DNA of 48,226 bases, from positions 1 through 48,226 of the forward strand of contig CALDHI010000046.1 in the NCBI GenBank assembly GCA_937941545.1. The letters run 5' to 3'. This document shows, piece after piece, positions 33,897 through 43,093 of this stretch (position 1 is the stretch's first letter; every line of letters starts with the position of its first letter). Source of the stretch: an uncultured Alphaproteobacteria bacterium (GTDB taxonomy: Bacteria > Pseudomonadota > Alphaproteobacteria > Micavibrionales > Micavibrionaceae). The notes under the pieces were generated by a model. It was not told the DNA's origin, searched no databases, and was given only the letters and a program-made list of their open reading frames with translations. The position numbers and the translations under genes are program-made.

Positions 33897-34271
33897 ATGA
33901 GTATGATATTGGCGATTGCCTCTGGGGGCGCTATTGGGGCGGTGTTGCGCTATTTAATGGAAAGCATAAGTGTATTTGGCATGGATTTCCCTGTGGGGAC
34001 GCTCATTGTTAATGTGCTTGGCTCTTTCGCTATGGGGGCGTTGGTGACGTTTTTTGCGCTTTATTACACGCCATCGCCTGAATTACGGGCGTTTTTGGCC
34101 GTTGGCTTACTGGGCGCATTCACGACTTTTTCAACCTTTTCACTTGATGTCGTGACATTATGGGACAGAGGCGATATATATCACGCCATAGGCTACGGTT
34201 TGGCCTCCCTTATCCTATCGGTAGGGGGATTGGTTTTGGGTATGATTTTAGTAAGGCAAATTCTGACATGA
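33897..34271 (+). CDS. crcB: Fluoride ion channel CrcB/FluC
   Basis: GGAIGAVLRY...GTLIVNVLGSF...GLLGAFTTFSTFS are canonical CrcB motifs. Confidence 0.9.
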   Translation: MSMILAIASGGAIGAVLRYLMESISVFGMDFPVGTLIVNVLGSFAMGALVTFFALYYTPSPELRAFLAVGLLGAFTTFSTFSLDVVTLWDRGDIYHAIGYGLASLILSVGGLVLGMILVRQILT

Positions 34272-35254
34272 ACAAAGTATATTATCTTGAAGTGACCGAA
34301 GATGAAGACAACCAACGTCTTGATCGGTTCTTACAACATCACCTAAAAGGCACGCCGTTTGGCTTGCTTCAAAAACTCATGCGCTCTGGCCAAATACGGG
34401 TGGATAGCAAGCGGGTGAAGTCGTCTACGCGTGTGGCCGAAGGTCAAAGAGTGCGTATTCCGCCAATTGAGCATAAAGATAAAAATGAAAAACGCCTGAG
34501 CAAACAAGATGCAGAATTCATTCAATCACTCGTGATTTATGATGATGGTGACATTATCGCGATTAATAAACCTGCAGGCTTGGCCACGCAAGGCGGAACC
34601 AACGTCAATCGTCATATTGATGGCATGCTGGATGGATTAATTAAGAAAATTGATGGTAAAGAAACACCGCGTCCGCGCCTTGTGCATCGCCTAGATAAAG
34701 ACACATCTGGTGTTTTATTATTGGCGGGATCATCGAACATGGCACGTGAAATGGGAAAGATCTTTGCGGGACGTGATATCCGTAAAATTTATTGGGCGTT
34801 GACTGTACCTGCCCCTGATATGAATAATGGTGAAATTCGTGCGCCTATTATGAAAGTGGGCGGTATGGGCAATGAGAAAATGGCCGTTCATGAGGATGGG
34901 CAACGTGCCACAACGTTGTTTGACGTGATAGAGCGCGCCCATAAACAGCTGGCGTTTGTTGCGTTTTGGCCACGCACAGGGCGTACGCATCAAATCCGCG
35001 TTCATGCAAACCATATGGGTTGTCCTATATTAGGAGATGGTAAGTATGGGGGGCATGATGCGTTTATTGACGGTATTAAACATGTTCAGCGTGTTCACTT
35101 GCATGCGCGCTCCATTAGGTTCAAACATCCCAAAACCAATAAAATGCTCGAAATTGATGCGCCCTTGGCAGATGATTTGAAAAAGAGTTGGAAGTCTTTT
35201 GGATTTGACGTCAATTCGGATTATAATGCCTTTAGTGATATTAAAAAGGTGTAA
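34268..35254 (+). CDS. rluC: RluA-family 23S rRNA pseudouridine synthase (RluC-like)
   Basis: S4 domain (RLDRFL...GQIRVD), catalytic HRLDKDTSGVLLLA, and HQIRVH. The ATG at 34268 overlaps the crcB stop. The track's upstream extension overlaps crcB and is rejected. Confidence 0.88.
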   Translation: MNKVYYLEVTEDEDNQRLDRFLQHHLKGTPFGLLQKLMRSGQIRVDSKRVKSSTRVAEGQRVRIPPIEHKDKNEKRLSKQDAEFIQSLVIYDDGDIIAINKPAGLATQGGTNVNRHIDGMLDGLIKKIDGKETPRPRLVHRLDKDTSGVLLLAGSSNMAREMGKIFAGRDIRKIYWALTVPAPDMNNGEIRAPIMKVGGMGNEKMAVHEDGQRATTLFDVIERAHKQLAFVAFWPRTGRTHQIRVHANHMGCPILGDGKYGGHDAFIDGIKHVQRVHLHARSIRFKHPKTNKMLEIDAPLADDLKKSWKSFGFDVNSDYNAFSDIKKV

Positions 35255-35256
35255 GC

Positions 35257-36048
35257 ATGTCAGAAGAGCAAGTTGATAAAAGTGTAAAACGGCGCAAGAG
35301 ATTAAAGTTTTTCCTCTTTAAATTGCCTATTTTCTTTATGATTATTGGTGCCATATTGATTGGTGCGTTGAAGTTGGTGGAGCGCTATCCTGATCCTCTT
35401 CGTCAAGGGTTTGAAGAGTATTTATCCAAATCAACAAATACGAATGCAACAATTGGGCAGTTGAAGGCAATTAAATTCTTCCCTGTTGTGACGGTTCATG
35501 CAGAAGATATTACGTTTCATAATGGCGCGAACGCCGCGTTAATTGATTTAGAAATCGGCGATATTAAATTCGAAGCGCCCTTTGGCAGTATGTTTTTTGG
35601 CGCAGGCAAGTTCAATAATTTCGAAGTACAAAACTTTGTATCTGAGAAAAATTTCTTAAGTGATAATAGGATTGAAATAACGTCTGGTGAAGTTATTAAT
35701 GAAAAAGGGCCAGACCAATTTGGCTCGTTCATTAAATTAACAGGAAAAATTAATGAACGAGCGGCCGATATGGTTATTGAGATTGAGCCGCTTACCTATA
35801 ATTACCGCCTTGGGAAGACGGTTCCGTTTTCCTTTACCGTGGGTGAGTATGCGGTCAGCGCGACGCTACAGCGAAATTTCAAGAATGTTGAATTTGAAAA
35901 TTTAGTGTTTTCTAAGGGTGAAATTCAAGCCAAAGCAAAAAATTATTTTCTTAATCAAAAGAATGATTACCAAAAAAATAACCCCGTCCATTGTTTGCTA
36001 ATGGGCGATGATATTAATAAATGTGATGTCTATTTAAAGGAAGAGTAA
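35257..36048 (+). CDS. Hypothetical membrane-anchored protein (faint resemblance to an AsmA N-terminal region)
   Basis: Basic N-terminus plus one transmembrane segment (FFLFKLPIFFMIIGAILIGAL), then ATIGQLKAIKFFPVVTVHAEDITFHN. It is tightly packed between rluC and the ATP12 gene. Confidence 0.55.
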   Translation: MSEEQVDKSVKRRKRLKFFLFKLPIFFMIIGAILIGALKLVERYPDPLRQGFEEYLSKSTNTNATIGQLKAIKFFPVVTVHAEDITFHNGANAALIDLEIGDIKFEAPFGSMFFGAGKFNNFEVQNFVSEKNFLSDNRIEITSGEVINEKGPDQFGSFIKLTGKINERAADMVIEIEPLTYNYRLGKTVPFSFTVGEYAVSATLQRNFKNVEFENLVFSKGEIQAKAKNYFLNQKNDYQKNNPVHCLLMGDDINKCDVYLKEE

Positions 36049-36055
36049 TACGACT

Positions 36056-36772
36056 ATGATGAAACGATTTTATAAATTAGTGTCCTCTAAAAAATCAGGG
36101 AAGTGGTTTTTTATTCACTTGGATAACAAGCCCGTTAAAACTCCCTTAGGGCAGGATTTAAAAGTCCCGACGCAAGCGTTGGCAGATGCGATTATCATGG
36201 AGTGGGCATCACAAGGGGAGAAAGTGAAGCCCGAAACAATGCCGTTAACGCAAATCTTAACGACAGCTATTGATAAGATTAGAGACCGTGACAAAATTAC
36301 CGAAAGCTGTATGCGCTATTTAGATACAGACCTTGTTTGTTATTGGACAAAAGAGCCAGAAGATATGGCTAAGTTGCATAAAGCAGAATGGGGAAAATGG
36401 GTAAAATGGTTTGAACGTCAATTTGAAGTTCCGCTTTATACAACGACCAAAATTGATGCCCTTATCCAAGATGAAGAGGCGCATAAACGTGTTTGGAATT
36501 ATATAGAAAGTCTCGATGATTACTATTTCACAATAGTGCAGATTATGACCTCAATGAGTGGGTCTTTGATTTTAGCGTTAGCGTTTAGTGAAGCAGATAT
36601 TTCACCTGATGAAATTTTTGCGGCGAGTTATTTAGAAGAGCTTCATAGAAGCGAAATTTATAATGAGGCGCTACATGGGGTGGCCCCAAATGAGCAAGCG
36701 GAGCGTGATGCATTCATAAAAGATGCCAAGGCAGCGCGGGTCTTTCTTGACCTGGCTAATATATACGAATAA
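36056..36772 (+). CDS. ATP12 family F1-ATPase assembly chaperone
   Basis: KRFYK...LDNKPVKTPLGQDLKVPTQALADAIIMEWASQGEKVKPETMPLTQILTTAID matches the ATP12 signature. Confidence 0.85.
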   Translation: MMKRFYKLVSSKKSGKWFFIHLDNKPVKTPLGQDLKVPTQALADAIIMEWASQGEKVKPETMPLTQILTTAIDKIRDRDKITESCMRYLDTDLVCYWTKEPEDMAKLHKAEWGKWVKWFERQFEVPLYTTTKIDALIQDEEAHKRVWNYIESLDDYYFTIVQIMTSMSGSLILALAFSEADISPDEIFAASYLEELHRSEIYNEALHGVAPNEQAERDAFIKDAKAARVFLDLANIYE

Positions 36773-36774
36773 CC

Positions 36775-37425
36775 GTGGCTGATATCCCTGATGATGGCTT
36801 GATACAAGGGGCAGACGGTGTTTGGCGATGTTGGTGGCATGGTAATGATGCGCAATATTTACGCTACCATGACGAAGAGTGGGGCGTGCCTGTTGATAGT
36901 GACGTTCGCTTATTTGAAAAAATTACGCTAGAGGGGTTTCAGTCAGGTTTAAGCTGGCTTACGATTTTGCGTAAACGCGAAAATTTTCGAGCCGCGTTTG
37001 ATGGTTTTGATTTTAAGAAAATAGCGAAATATGATGAGGGTGATGTAGAGCGCCTCGTTCAAAATGCAGGGATCATCCGTCACTGTGGTAAAATTCTATC
37101 GGCGATTAATAACGCGCAAGCTGTGCAAACAATTATCGCTGAATTTGGATCATTCGCCGCCTATGTCTGGGGATTTGAACCACGTCAAAATGAGCGCCCA
37201 GTGCATTGTGACTATGCTACTTTGAAACAGATTACAATGAGCGAGCATAGCACGGCTTTATCAAAAGATTTAAAAAAGCGCGGGTTCAAATTTGTGGGAC
37301 CAACGACTTGTTATGCGTTCATGCAATCAATGGGCATCGTGAATGACCATGTGGTTGGATGTTATTGCCGCGATAAGCGGGAAGAAGAACGAGAGAGCTT
37401 CAAAAGGCCGACGCAAAGGGCTTAA
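36775..37425 (+). CDS. tag: DNA-3-methyladenine glycosylase I
   Basis: RCWW...YLRYHDEEWGVPV...LEGFQSGLSWLTILRKR...GPTTCYAFMQSMGIVNDH. GTG start. Confidence 0.9.
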   Translation: MADIPDDGLIQGADGVWRCWWHGNDAQYLRYHDEEWGVPVDSDVRLFEKITLEGFQSGLSWLTILRKRENFRAAFDGFDFKKIAKYDEGDVERLVQNAGIIRHCGKILSAINNAQAVQTIIAEFGSFAAYVWGFEPRQNERPVHCDYATLKQITMSEHSTALSKDLKKRGFKFVGPTTCYAFMQSMGIVNDHVVGCYCRDKREEERESFKRPTQRA

Positions 37426-37602
37426 TCTTTGTGCGCGGGGAAATCTTTCTCCGCTCCCTCGTTTTCAACAACACATTGATCGGTGTGTTCACCCTGCGCA
37501 GGTATTCTGTCTTTATCAAATATTGTCACACTCTCTAATTGATTGAGAACTGTCTCTAGTCGTTTTGATATCTTAGGTTTGTTTGATTTAAATAAGCTCA
37601 TA

Positions 37603-37682
37603 ACAAGATAATACAATTTTATGTTTTTAATTACAAGATAAATTGTCAAGATTATACAAGAAATATTGTTTATGCTTGTTGT
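37603..37682. promoter_or_regulatory. Cluster of CAAGA-type repeats upstream of the XRE regulator (candidate operator/promoter)
   Basis: ACAAGATAA occurs at 37603 and 37633, TCAAGATTA at 37646, ACAAGAAAT at 37656, and the inverted CTTGTTGT at 37675. A possible promoter is TTACAA, a 16-nt spacer, then TATACA. Confidence 0.3.
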
Positions 37683-38054
37683 ATGAGTTTTAAGAAAATG
37701 CCCAAACTATCAGATCGTCTACAATATATACGGGCGCGCTACAATTTATCACAGGTTGATTTGGCGCAAAAAGCGGGTACAACCCAGCAAGCGATTCAAC
37801 AAGCAGAAAAAGGAAAGGCTCGTCAGCCACGGTATCTACATAAGTTGGCGCATGCCCTTGAAATTCCGATTGATTGGATGATTTTTGGTGAAATTGAAAG
37901 TCATCAAAATATGGCGGTGAGCCAAAATGCTGGGTTACATGAAAAAGAAGAAGATGTCTTAAACCAATTTTTTTCGATGCCAAAACAAGATCAGAAGCTG
38001 ATTTACGATCTAATGAAGTCACGACAAAAAAGTGATGAGCCAGAAAGTAAATAA
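37683..38054 (+). CDS. XRE-family helix-turn-helix transcriptional regulator
   Basis: LQYIRARYNLSQVDLAQKAGTTQQAIQQAEKGK...LAHALEIPIDWMIFGE is the Cro/CI-type HTH pattern. Confidence 0.8.
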   Translation: MSFKKMPKLSDRLQYIRARYNLSQVDLAQKAGTTQQAIQQAEKGKARQPRYLHKLAHALEIPIDWMIFGEIESHQNMAVSQNAGLHEKEEDVLNQFFSMPKQDQKLIYDLMKSRQKSDEPESK

Positions 38055-38241
38055 ATTTATCTTGCTAACCCATATTGTTTTATGACATGTTTATCTATCA
38101 AAAATAATTTATAGAGGATAAAATGTTTCTAAATATTAAACATTCACTGCCTCTTCATCCCTCCTAATTATCTAAAAATATTAGATTTTATGCGGTGTTT
38201 GAAGATAGGCACTGCGCTTATTTTAGACTGAAATTATAGTT

Positions 38242-38253
38242 ATCAATATTGAT
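38242..38253. promoter_or_regulatory. Perfect 12-bp palindrome ATCAATATTGAT upstream of the ABC exporter
   Basis: Read directly, about 65 bp upstream of the ATG at 38317. Confidence 0.2.
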
Positions 38254-38316
38254 TAATTATATTAACGACGCGTTTGCGACGTCATTCAGACACTTTTATT
38301 TACTAGGACTATCGAG

Positions 38317-40092
38317 ATGAAAAAGAACGTAACAAAAAAAGATATTATAAAATTTTTCTGGTTTTATTGGGGCCAGAATAAGAAGGCTATTCCAGTTTTA
38401 CTACTTGTGATGGCGATTACTGCCATTGCGGACGCCTTATTTCCACTCATCACGGGAAACTTGATTAACGAAATTAGTAATCTTGAAGATCGTAATGTTT
38501 TCACACGTGGAATTATGACAGCATTTTCAACTTTGATCATTGTCGATGTGATGTATCACACATGCCGAAATGGCGGGCGTATGCTTTATAACCGTTATAT
38601 GGCGATGCCCAATTTAAAGCATGTTGTTGAAGATGGTTTTGATAAGGTGCAACAATTTTCATCGGACTGGCATGCTAATAATTTTGGCGGGGCTACGGTG
38701 CGTAAAATCACTCGTGGTATGTGGGCCTTTGATCAGTTTGAAGATAGTATTTATTTATATTTCTATGTCACTGCAATTCTGCTGACAACTATTGTCGTCA
38801 TCATGGCGTTGCAATGGCCTATCATGGGCTTGGTCACGTTGATCGCTATTATCGTTTATATCAGTATTAGTATATGGACTGTTTTAAAAATTAATGCGCC
38901 ACATTTTAAAGCTCATGCACGTGTGGATACGCGTGTTGGAGCGGCAATTGCAGATTCCATTACCAGTAATGCGACGGTAAAAGCTTTTGGTAATGAGGAA
39001 GCAGAGTTTAAATTATTTAAGGCCGTGACAGCTGAATGGAAGTTGATTGCTTATAAATGCTGGCAAGTGATGGAGCTTACAGACTATCTGCGCCGTCTCG
39101 TTGCAATTTTAATGACCATTAGCATGATTGGTACAATCTTGTATCTTTACAGTATTGGTAAAGCAGAGATTGGCGATATTGTTTATGTGACGACCACAAT
39201 TTGGGTTATTTTTGCGTACTTACGCCATGTTGGAGAAAAAATATCTGACGTACAAAAAGCTGTTTCTGAAATGGAAGATGTTATTTGGTATTGGAAGACG
39301 GATATTGCGGTTAAGGACAAGGTGGATGCGTCTGTTTTACAGGCAACGGATGGTCATGTTGTGTTTGATGATATTGATTTCACCTATGATAATCAGGGCA
39401 GTGCTATCTATGAAAAATTTTCATTGGATATTAAGTCAGGCGAAAAAATTGCCTTAGTGGGTGAATCTGGCTCTGGGAAATCTACGTTCGTGAAACTGTT
39501 GCAACGTCTGTATGATATTCAGGGCGGTGAAATCTTAATTGATGGAACGAACATTGCGGATGTAACGCAGAGTAGCTTGCGTAAAGCCGTTGCGTTGGTG
39601 CCACAAGATCCAATCTTATTCCATCGCTCGTTGCGTGATAACATTGCCTACGCCAAACCTGATGCGGATATAGATGAAGTGATTGCCGCATCGAAACGGG
39701 CTTATGCGCATGACTTTATCATGGGTCTGCCACAGGGATATGACACCTTAGTAGGGGAGCGTGGGATTAAGCTGTCTGGGGGAGAGCGTCAACGTGTTGC
39801 GATTGCACGAGCAATTTTATCTGAGGCACCGATTTTAATTTTGGATGAGGCAACCTCTGCGCTTGATTCTATCTCTGAAGATTATATTCAGAAAGCGTTA
39901 ACGGAGTTGATGAAGGGACGTACGACAATTACAATTGCCCATCGCCTATCTACGATTAAAAATGTTGATCGCATCTTGGTTTTTGATAACGGCAAAGTGA
40001 TTGAAGAAGGAATGCATGAAGAACTGCTAAAAAATGAAAATTCTCATTATAAAAAGCTGTTTGATATGCAAGTCATGGGTTTGATTAATTAA
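38317..40092 (+). CDS. ABC transporter, fused permease/ATP-binding exporter (MsbA/ABCB-like)
   Basis: Six-transmembrane N-terminal domain, Walker A GESGSGKST, signature LSGGERQR and Walker B ILILDEATSALD. Confidence 0.9.
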   Translation: MKKNVTKKDIIKFFWFYWGQNKKAIPVLLLVMAITAIADALFPLITGNLINEISNLEDRNVFTRGIMTAFSTLIIVDVMYHTCRNGGRMLYNRYMAMPNLKHVVEDGFDKVQQFSSDWHANNFGGATVRKITRGMWAFDQFEDSIYLYFYVTAILLTTIVVIMALQWPIMGLVTLIAIIVYISISIWTVLKINAPHFKAHARVDTRVGAAIADSITSNATVKAFGNEEAEFKLFKAVTAEWKLIAYKCWQVMELTDYLRRLVAILMTISMIGTILYLYSIGKAEIGDIVYVTTTIWVIFAYLRHVGEKISDVQKAVSEMEDVIWYWKTDIAVKDKVDASVLQATDGHVVFDDIDFTYDNQGSAIYEKFSLDIKSGEKIALVGESGSGKSTFVKLLQRLYDIQGGEILIDGTNIADVTQSSLRKAVALVPQDPILFHRSLRDNIAYAKPDADIDEVIAASKRAYAHDFIMGLPQGYDTLVGERGIKLSGGERQRVAIARAILSEAPILILDEATSALDSISEDYIQKALTELMKGRTTITIAHRLSTIKNVDRILVFDNGKVIEEGMHEELLKNENSHYKKLFDMQVMGLIN

Positions 40093-40100
40093 TCAGTCTC

Positions 40101-40694
40101 TTAATCTAACGTGATATCGCCTTTGATGATACGGCGGATGGTATCAATATAAAATTGCGGTTCAGCGTCTTTGACATTTTGTTCGATTGTCGCGACGCTG
40201 TCCTGCGCTTTCACAGGTACAATTTTCTGCGCTAAGATTTGTCCTTCATCATATTCATCATTAACCAGATGGATAGTGCATCCTGTTTCCGTGTCGCCAT
40301 TGTCTTTCACGGCTTGATGGACGTGGCGACCATACATGCCTTGTCCGCCATATTGAGGCAGCAAAGCAGGGTGAATGTTAAGCAGCTTACCATGAACGGC
40401 CTTAATTGTGCGCGGGCCAATCAGCTTCATATAGCCAGAACAACACAAGATATTAATTTTATTGTCTTCTAACTTTTGCGCGATGGCGCGATCTAAATCT
40501 GCTGGGTCGGGGTGCTTTGTGCTATTCAATATCGCCGTTTTAAGGCCTTTATTCTCCGCCCAGTTTAGCGCGCTGGCTTTGGCATTATTGGTAATGAGCA
40601 ATACAGGGGAGGCGATCAGATCACCCTCTAGACACGCATCCGTAATGGCCTGCGCGGAGGAGCCGTTATAGGAGGCTAAGAAGGCTAAGTTCAT
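40101..40694 (-). CDS. purN: Phosphoribosylglycinamide formyltransferase
   Basis: NIHPALLPQYGGQGMYGRHVHQAV...GCTIHLVNDEYDEGQILAQ. Confidence 0.9.
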   Translation of the reverse strand: MNLAFLASYNGSSAQAITDACLEGDLIASPVLLITNNAKASALNWAENKGLKTAILNSTKHPDPADLDRAIAQKLEDNKINILCCSGYMKLIGPRTIKAVHGKLLNIHPALLPQYGGQGMYGRHVHQAVKDNGDTETGCTIHLVNDEYDEGQILAQKIVPVKAQDSVATIEQNVKDAEPQFYIDTIRRIIKGDITLD

Positions 40695-40698
40695 GATG

Positions 40699-41181
40699 TT
40701 AAATCCAACTCTTTAAATTCGTGATGGCTTGGCCTTTATAAGATTTGTAAGACCCTTTCGCCATGCGGTAAATAAGGTGGAGCGTAACGGGAATAAAATA
40801 TCCGCCAAATAAAACCATATTGGCCTTGAGGTAATCTGCCGATAGGGACATCAGTTGATCTGATGTAAACATCACGCCGCTTTGTGCAGAATGCATCATG
40901 TTAATGACGATACTGTGATCGCCGATAAAATAGGACAACCCTAATCCAATCAGAACAAAAAATGAAAAAATCCAAATTGTTTTGGTCATGTAAGCATAAT
41001 GAGAATAATCCGCGCTTTGTTTGTCACGGGTGAATTTTAAAATGTAGTTTGTAATAAAAGTCACAAAGAAGATTAAGATTCCAAACGAAGCGATAGAAAA
41101 TATAGGAATTAAGTTCATGATGATGGAGACAACGTAGAGAACATATATCCCTGTTACTTCGTTATTCTTATTAAAAGTCAT
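40699..41181 (-). CDS. Hypothetical integral membrane protein, 160 aa, about four transmembrane segments
   Basis: Hydrophobic segments and an ATG start 2 nt after the mutL stop. It is AT-rich, with no recognised family. Confidence 0.55.
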   Translation of the reverse strand: MTFNKNNEVTGIYVLYVVSIIMNLIPIFSIASFGILIFFVTFITNYILKFTRDKQSADYSHYAYMTKTIWIFSFFVLIGLGLSYFIGDHSIVINMMHSAQSGVMFTSDQLMSLSADYLKANMVLFGGYFIPVTLHLIYRMAKGSYKSYKGQAITNLKSWI

Positions 41182-41183
41182 AT

Positions 41184-43037
41184 CTATCTTCTTCCAAATA
41201 ATTTTTCGATATCGATTAAGTTTAACGTGATATAGGTGGGGCGTCCATGATTACAATGGGCAAAGCTTTCGGTGTCTTCCATCTGACGTAATAAGGCGTT
41301 CATCTCATCCGCGTTTAATCGACGGCCAGAGCGGATAGAGCCATGGCACGCGGCGCTCGATAAGACTTCGTACAGAGATTTCTTTAGTTTTTCAGTTGTT
41401 TCATGCTCGGTAATTTCGTCAATAATATCATGGATGAGTTTTGGGATATTAACCTTCGCCCCCAAAGCAGCGGGCAGGGATTGTACTGCGATTGTGTCTT
41501 GACCAAAGGGTTCAATGCTAAGGCCAAATTTGCTTAAGGTCTCTTGATGCTCAATGAGGATATTAATTTTAACATCCTCTAAATCCATGATTTCAGGCAC
41601 CAGCAAGCCTTGTGATGCAACATCCCCTGCATCCATTTGGTTTTTGAGTTTTTCGTAGACAAGGCGCTCGTGCGCGGCATGTTGATCAACAATGACAAGG
41701 CCGTCTTTGGTTTGGGCAATGATATAGTTTTCATGAAGTTGCGCGCGCGCCGCGCCTAATGGACTTTTTATAGTCGGCGCAGTCTCATCAATCTCTTCAT
41801 AACGCGCGGAGGGATCAAACGTGCCTAAATTATCTTGCGCGGAGGGTGTCTGTGCGGATAAGGGCGCATAAAAATCTTGTCTCTTTTCGCCTAAGCCTTG
41901 TTGATTAGGATAGGCATATGAGCGCGGAACGGCAGGGCTGGCACCACGATTATACGGTAAATTTGGCGTATTACTTTGTGGTTGCATCATGCCCAATGTT
42001 TGACGCGATAAGGTGGAGGAAGTGACTTGTCCATGTTCTATCAAACCTGCTTTCAGGGCGGTGATGATAAGGCTGCGCACATGCCCTGCATCTCTAAAAC
42101 GCACTTCGGATTTTGCGGGGTGAACATTCACATCCACCATGTCGGGTGGGATATCTATATATAATGCGACCAGCGGATGGCGTCCTGAATGAAGCACATC
42201 CATATATGCCGCGCGAATACACCCTAACAATAACCTGTCCTTAACGGGACGACCATTGACGAATAGATATTGATATTGTGTGGTCGCGCGATTGAGTGTG
42301 GGAAGGGAGCTGTACCCTGATATCTTTAAGCCCTCACGTTCCGCCAAAACAAGGAAGGAGTTTTCGCCAAAATCTTTGCCTAATATAGCGGTTAAGCGTC
42401 CACGTCTTTGTGCTTCGGCATCACCATGCTGCGCGGTTAAGGTCATTTTCACTGCGCCATCATGGGACAGCTTGAATGTGACATGTGGAAACGCCATCGC
42501 AATGCGTGATATTGTATCTTTGACTGCGCCATATTCACTGCGCGCGGATTTTAAGAATTTAAGGCGGGCGGGTGTGGCATAAAATAAATCACGAATTTCT
42601 ATTGTTGTGCCATCGCTATGGGCTGTTGGGGTGGGATTATGTTTTGTGCCCCCTTCAATTTTAATCTCCCATGCTTCATCATTATCATGCGGTTTTGATT
42701 TTATCGACATACGAGAGATTGAACCAATAGACGGCAGCGCCTCCCCGCGAAATCCAAGGTGATTAATATTGACCAAATCATCATCGGGTAATTTTGAGGT
42801 AGCGTGACGTTGCGTGGCTAAATTAAGCTCATCCGCATTCATCCCGCATCCATTATCGCGGATAAGGATAAGGCTTTTACCGCCATCGCGTAGATCAATT
42901 TCAATCGAGGTTGCCCCCGCATCAATCGCATTTTCGACAAGCTCTTTTACAGCCGCGGCGGGGCGTTCAATCACTTCACCAGCGGCAATTTGGTTGACCA
43001 AATAATCGGGAAGTTGCCTGATATGGGGGGCGTTCAT
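41184..43037 (-). CDS. mutL: DNA mismatch repair protein MutL
   Basis: IRQLPDYLVNQIAAGEVIERPAAAVKELVENAIDAG (GHKL N-terminus) and the C-terminal endonuclease/dimerisation region with ACHGSIR. The ATG at 43037 is preferred. The alternative TTG at 43097 would overlap the upstream stop as TTGA. Confidence 0.9.
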   Translation of the reverse strand: MNAPHIRQLPDYLVNQIAAGEVIERPAAAVKELVENAIDAGATSIEIDLRDGGKSLILIRDNGCGMNADELNLATQRHATSKLPDDDLVNINHLGFRGEALPSIGSISRMSIKSKPHDNDEAWEIKIEGGTKHNPTPTAHSDGTTIEIRDLFYATPARLKFLKSARSEYGAVKDTISRIAMAFPHVTFKLSHDGAVKMTLTAQHGDAEAQRRGRLTAILGKDFGENSFLVLAEREGLKISGYSSLPTLNRATTQYQYLFVNGRPVKDRLLLGCIRAAYMDVLHSGRHPLVALYIDIPPDMVDVNVHPAKSEVRFRDAGHVRSLIITALKAGLIEHGQVTSSTLSRQTLGMMQPQSNTPNLPYNRGASPAVPRSYAYPNQQGLGEKRQDFYAPLSAQTPSAQDNLGTFDPSARYEEIDETAPTIKSPLGAARAQLHENYIIAQTKDGLVIVDQHAAHERLVYEKLKNQMDAGDVASQGLLVPEIMDLEDVKINILIEHQETLSKFGLSIEPFGQDTIAVQSLPAALGAKVNIPKLIHDIIDEITEHETTEKLKKSLYEVLSSAACHGSIRSGRRLNADEMNALLRQMEDTESFAHCNHGRPTYITLNLIDIEKLFGRR

Positions 43038-43093
43038 GTCTTTATTGGCGATTCTCATAATATGAAAATCATAGCCTGTATAGGCGTCTAATA

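Noticed and set aside
34160-34267. Upstream extension of the rluC ORF overlapping crcB
   Set aside because: It overlaps the well-supported crcB CDS by 108 nt in another frame. The ATG at 34268 gives the canonical S4-domain N-terminus and an ATGA-type junction.
37422-37649. 75-aa minus-strand ORF between tag and the XRE regulator, a possible divergent partner or toxin
   Set aside because: There is no ribosome-binding site at either candidate start and no recognisable motif. It is very AT-rich and overlaps the candidate operator/promoter repeats. It cannot be supported as coding from sequence alone.
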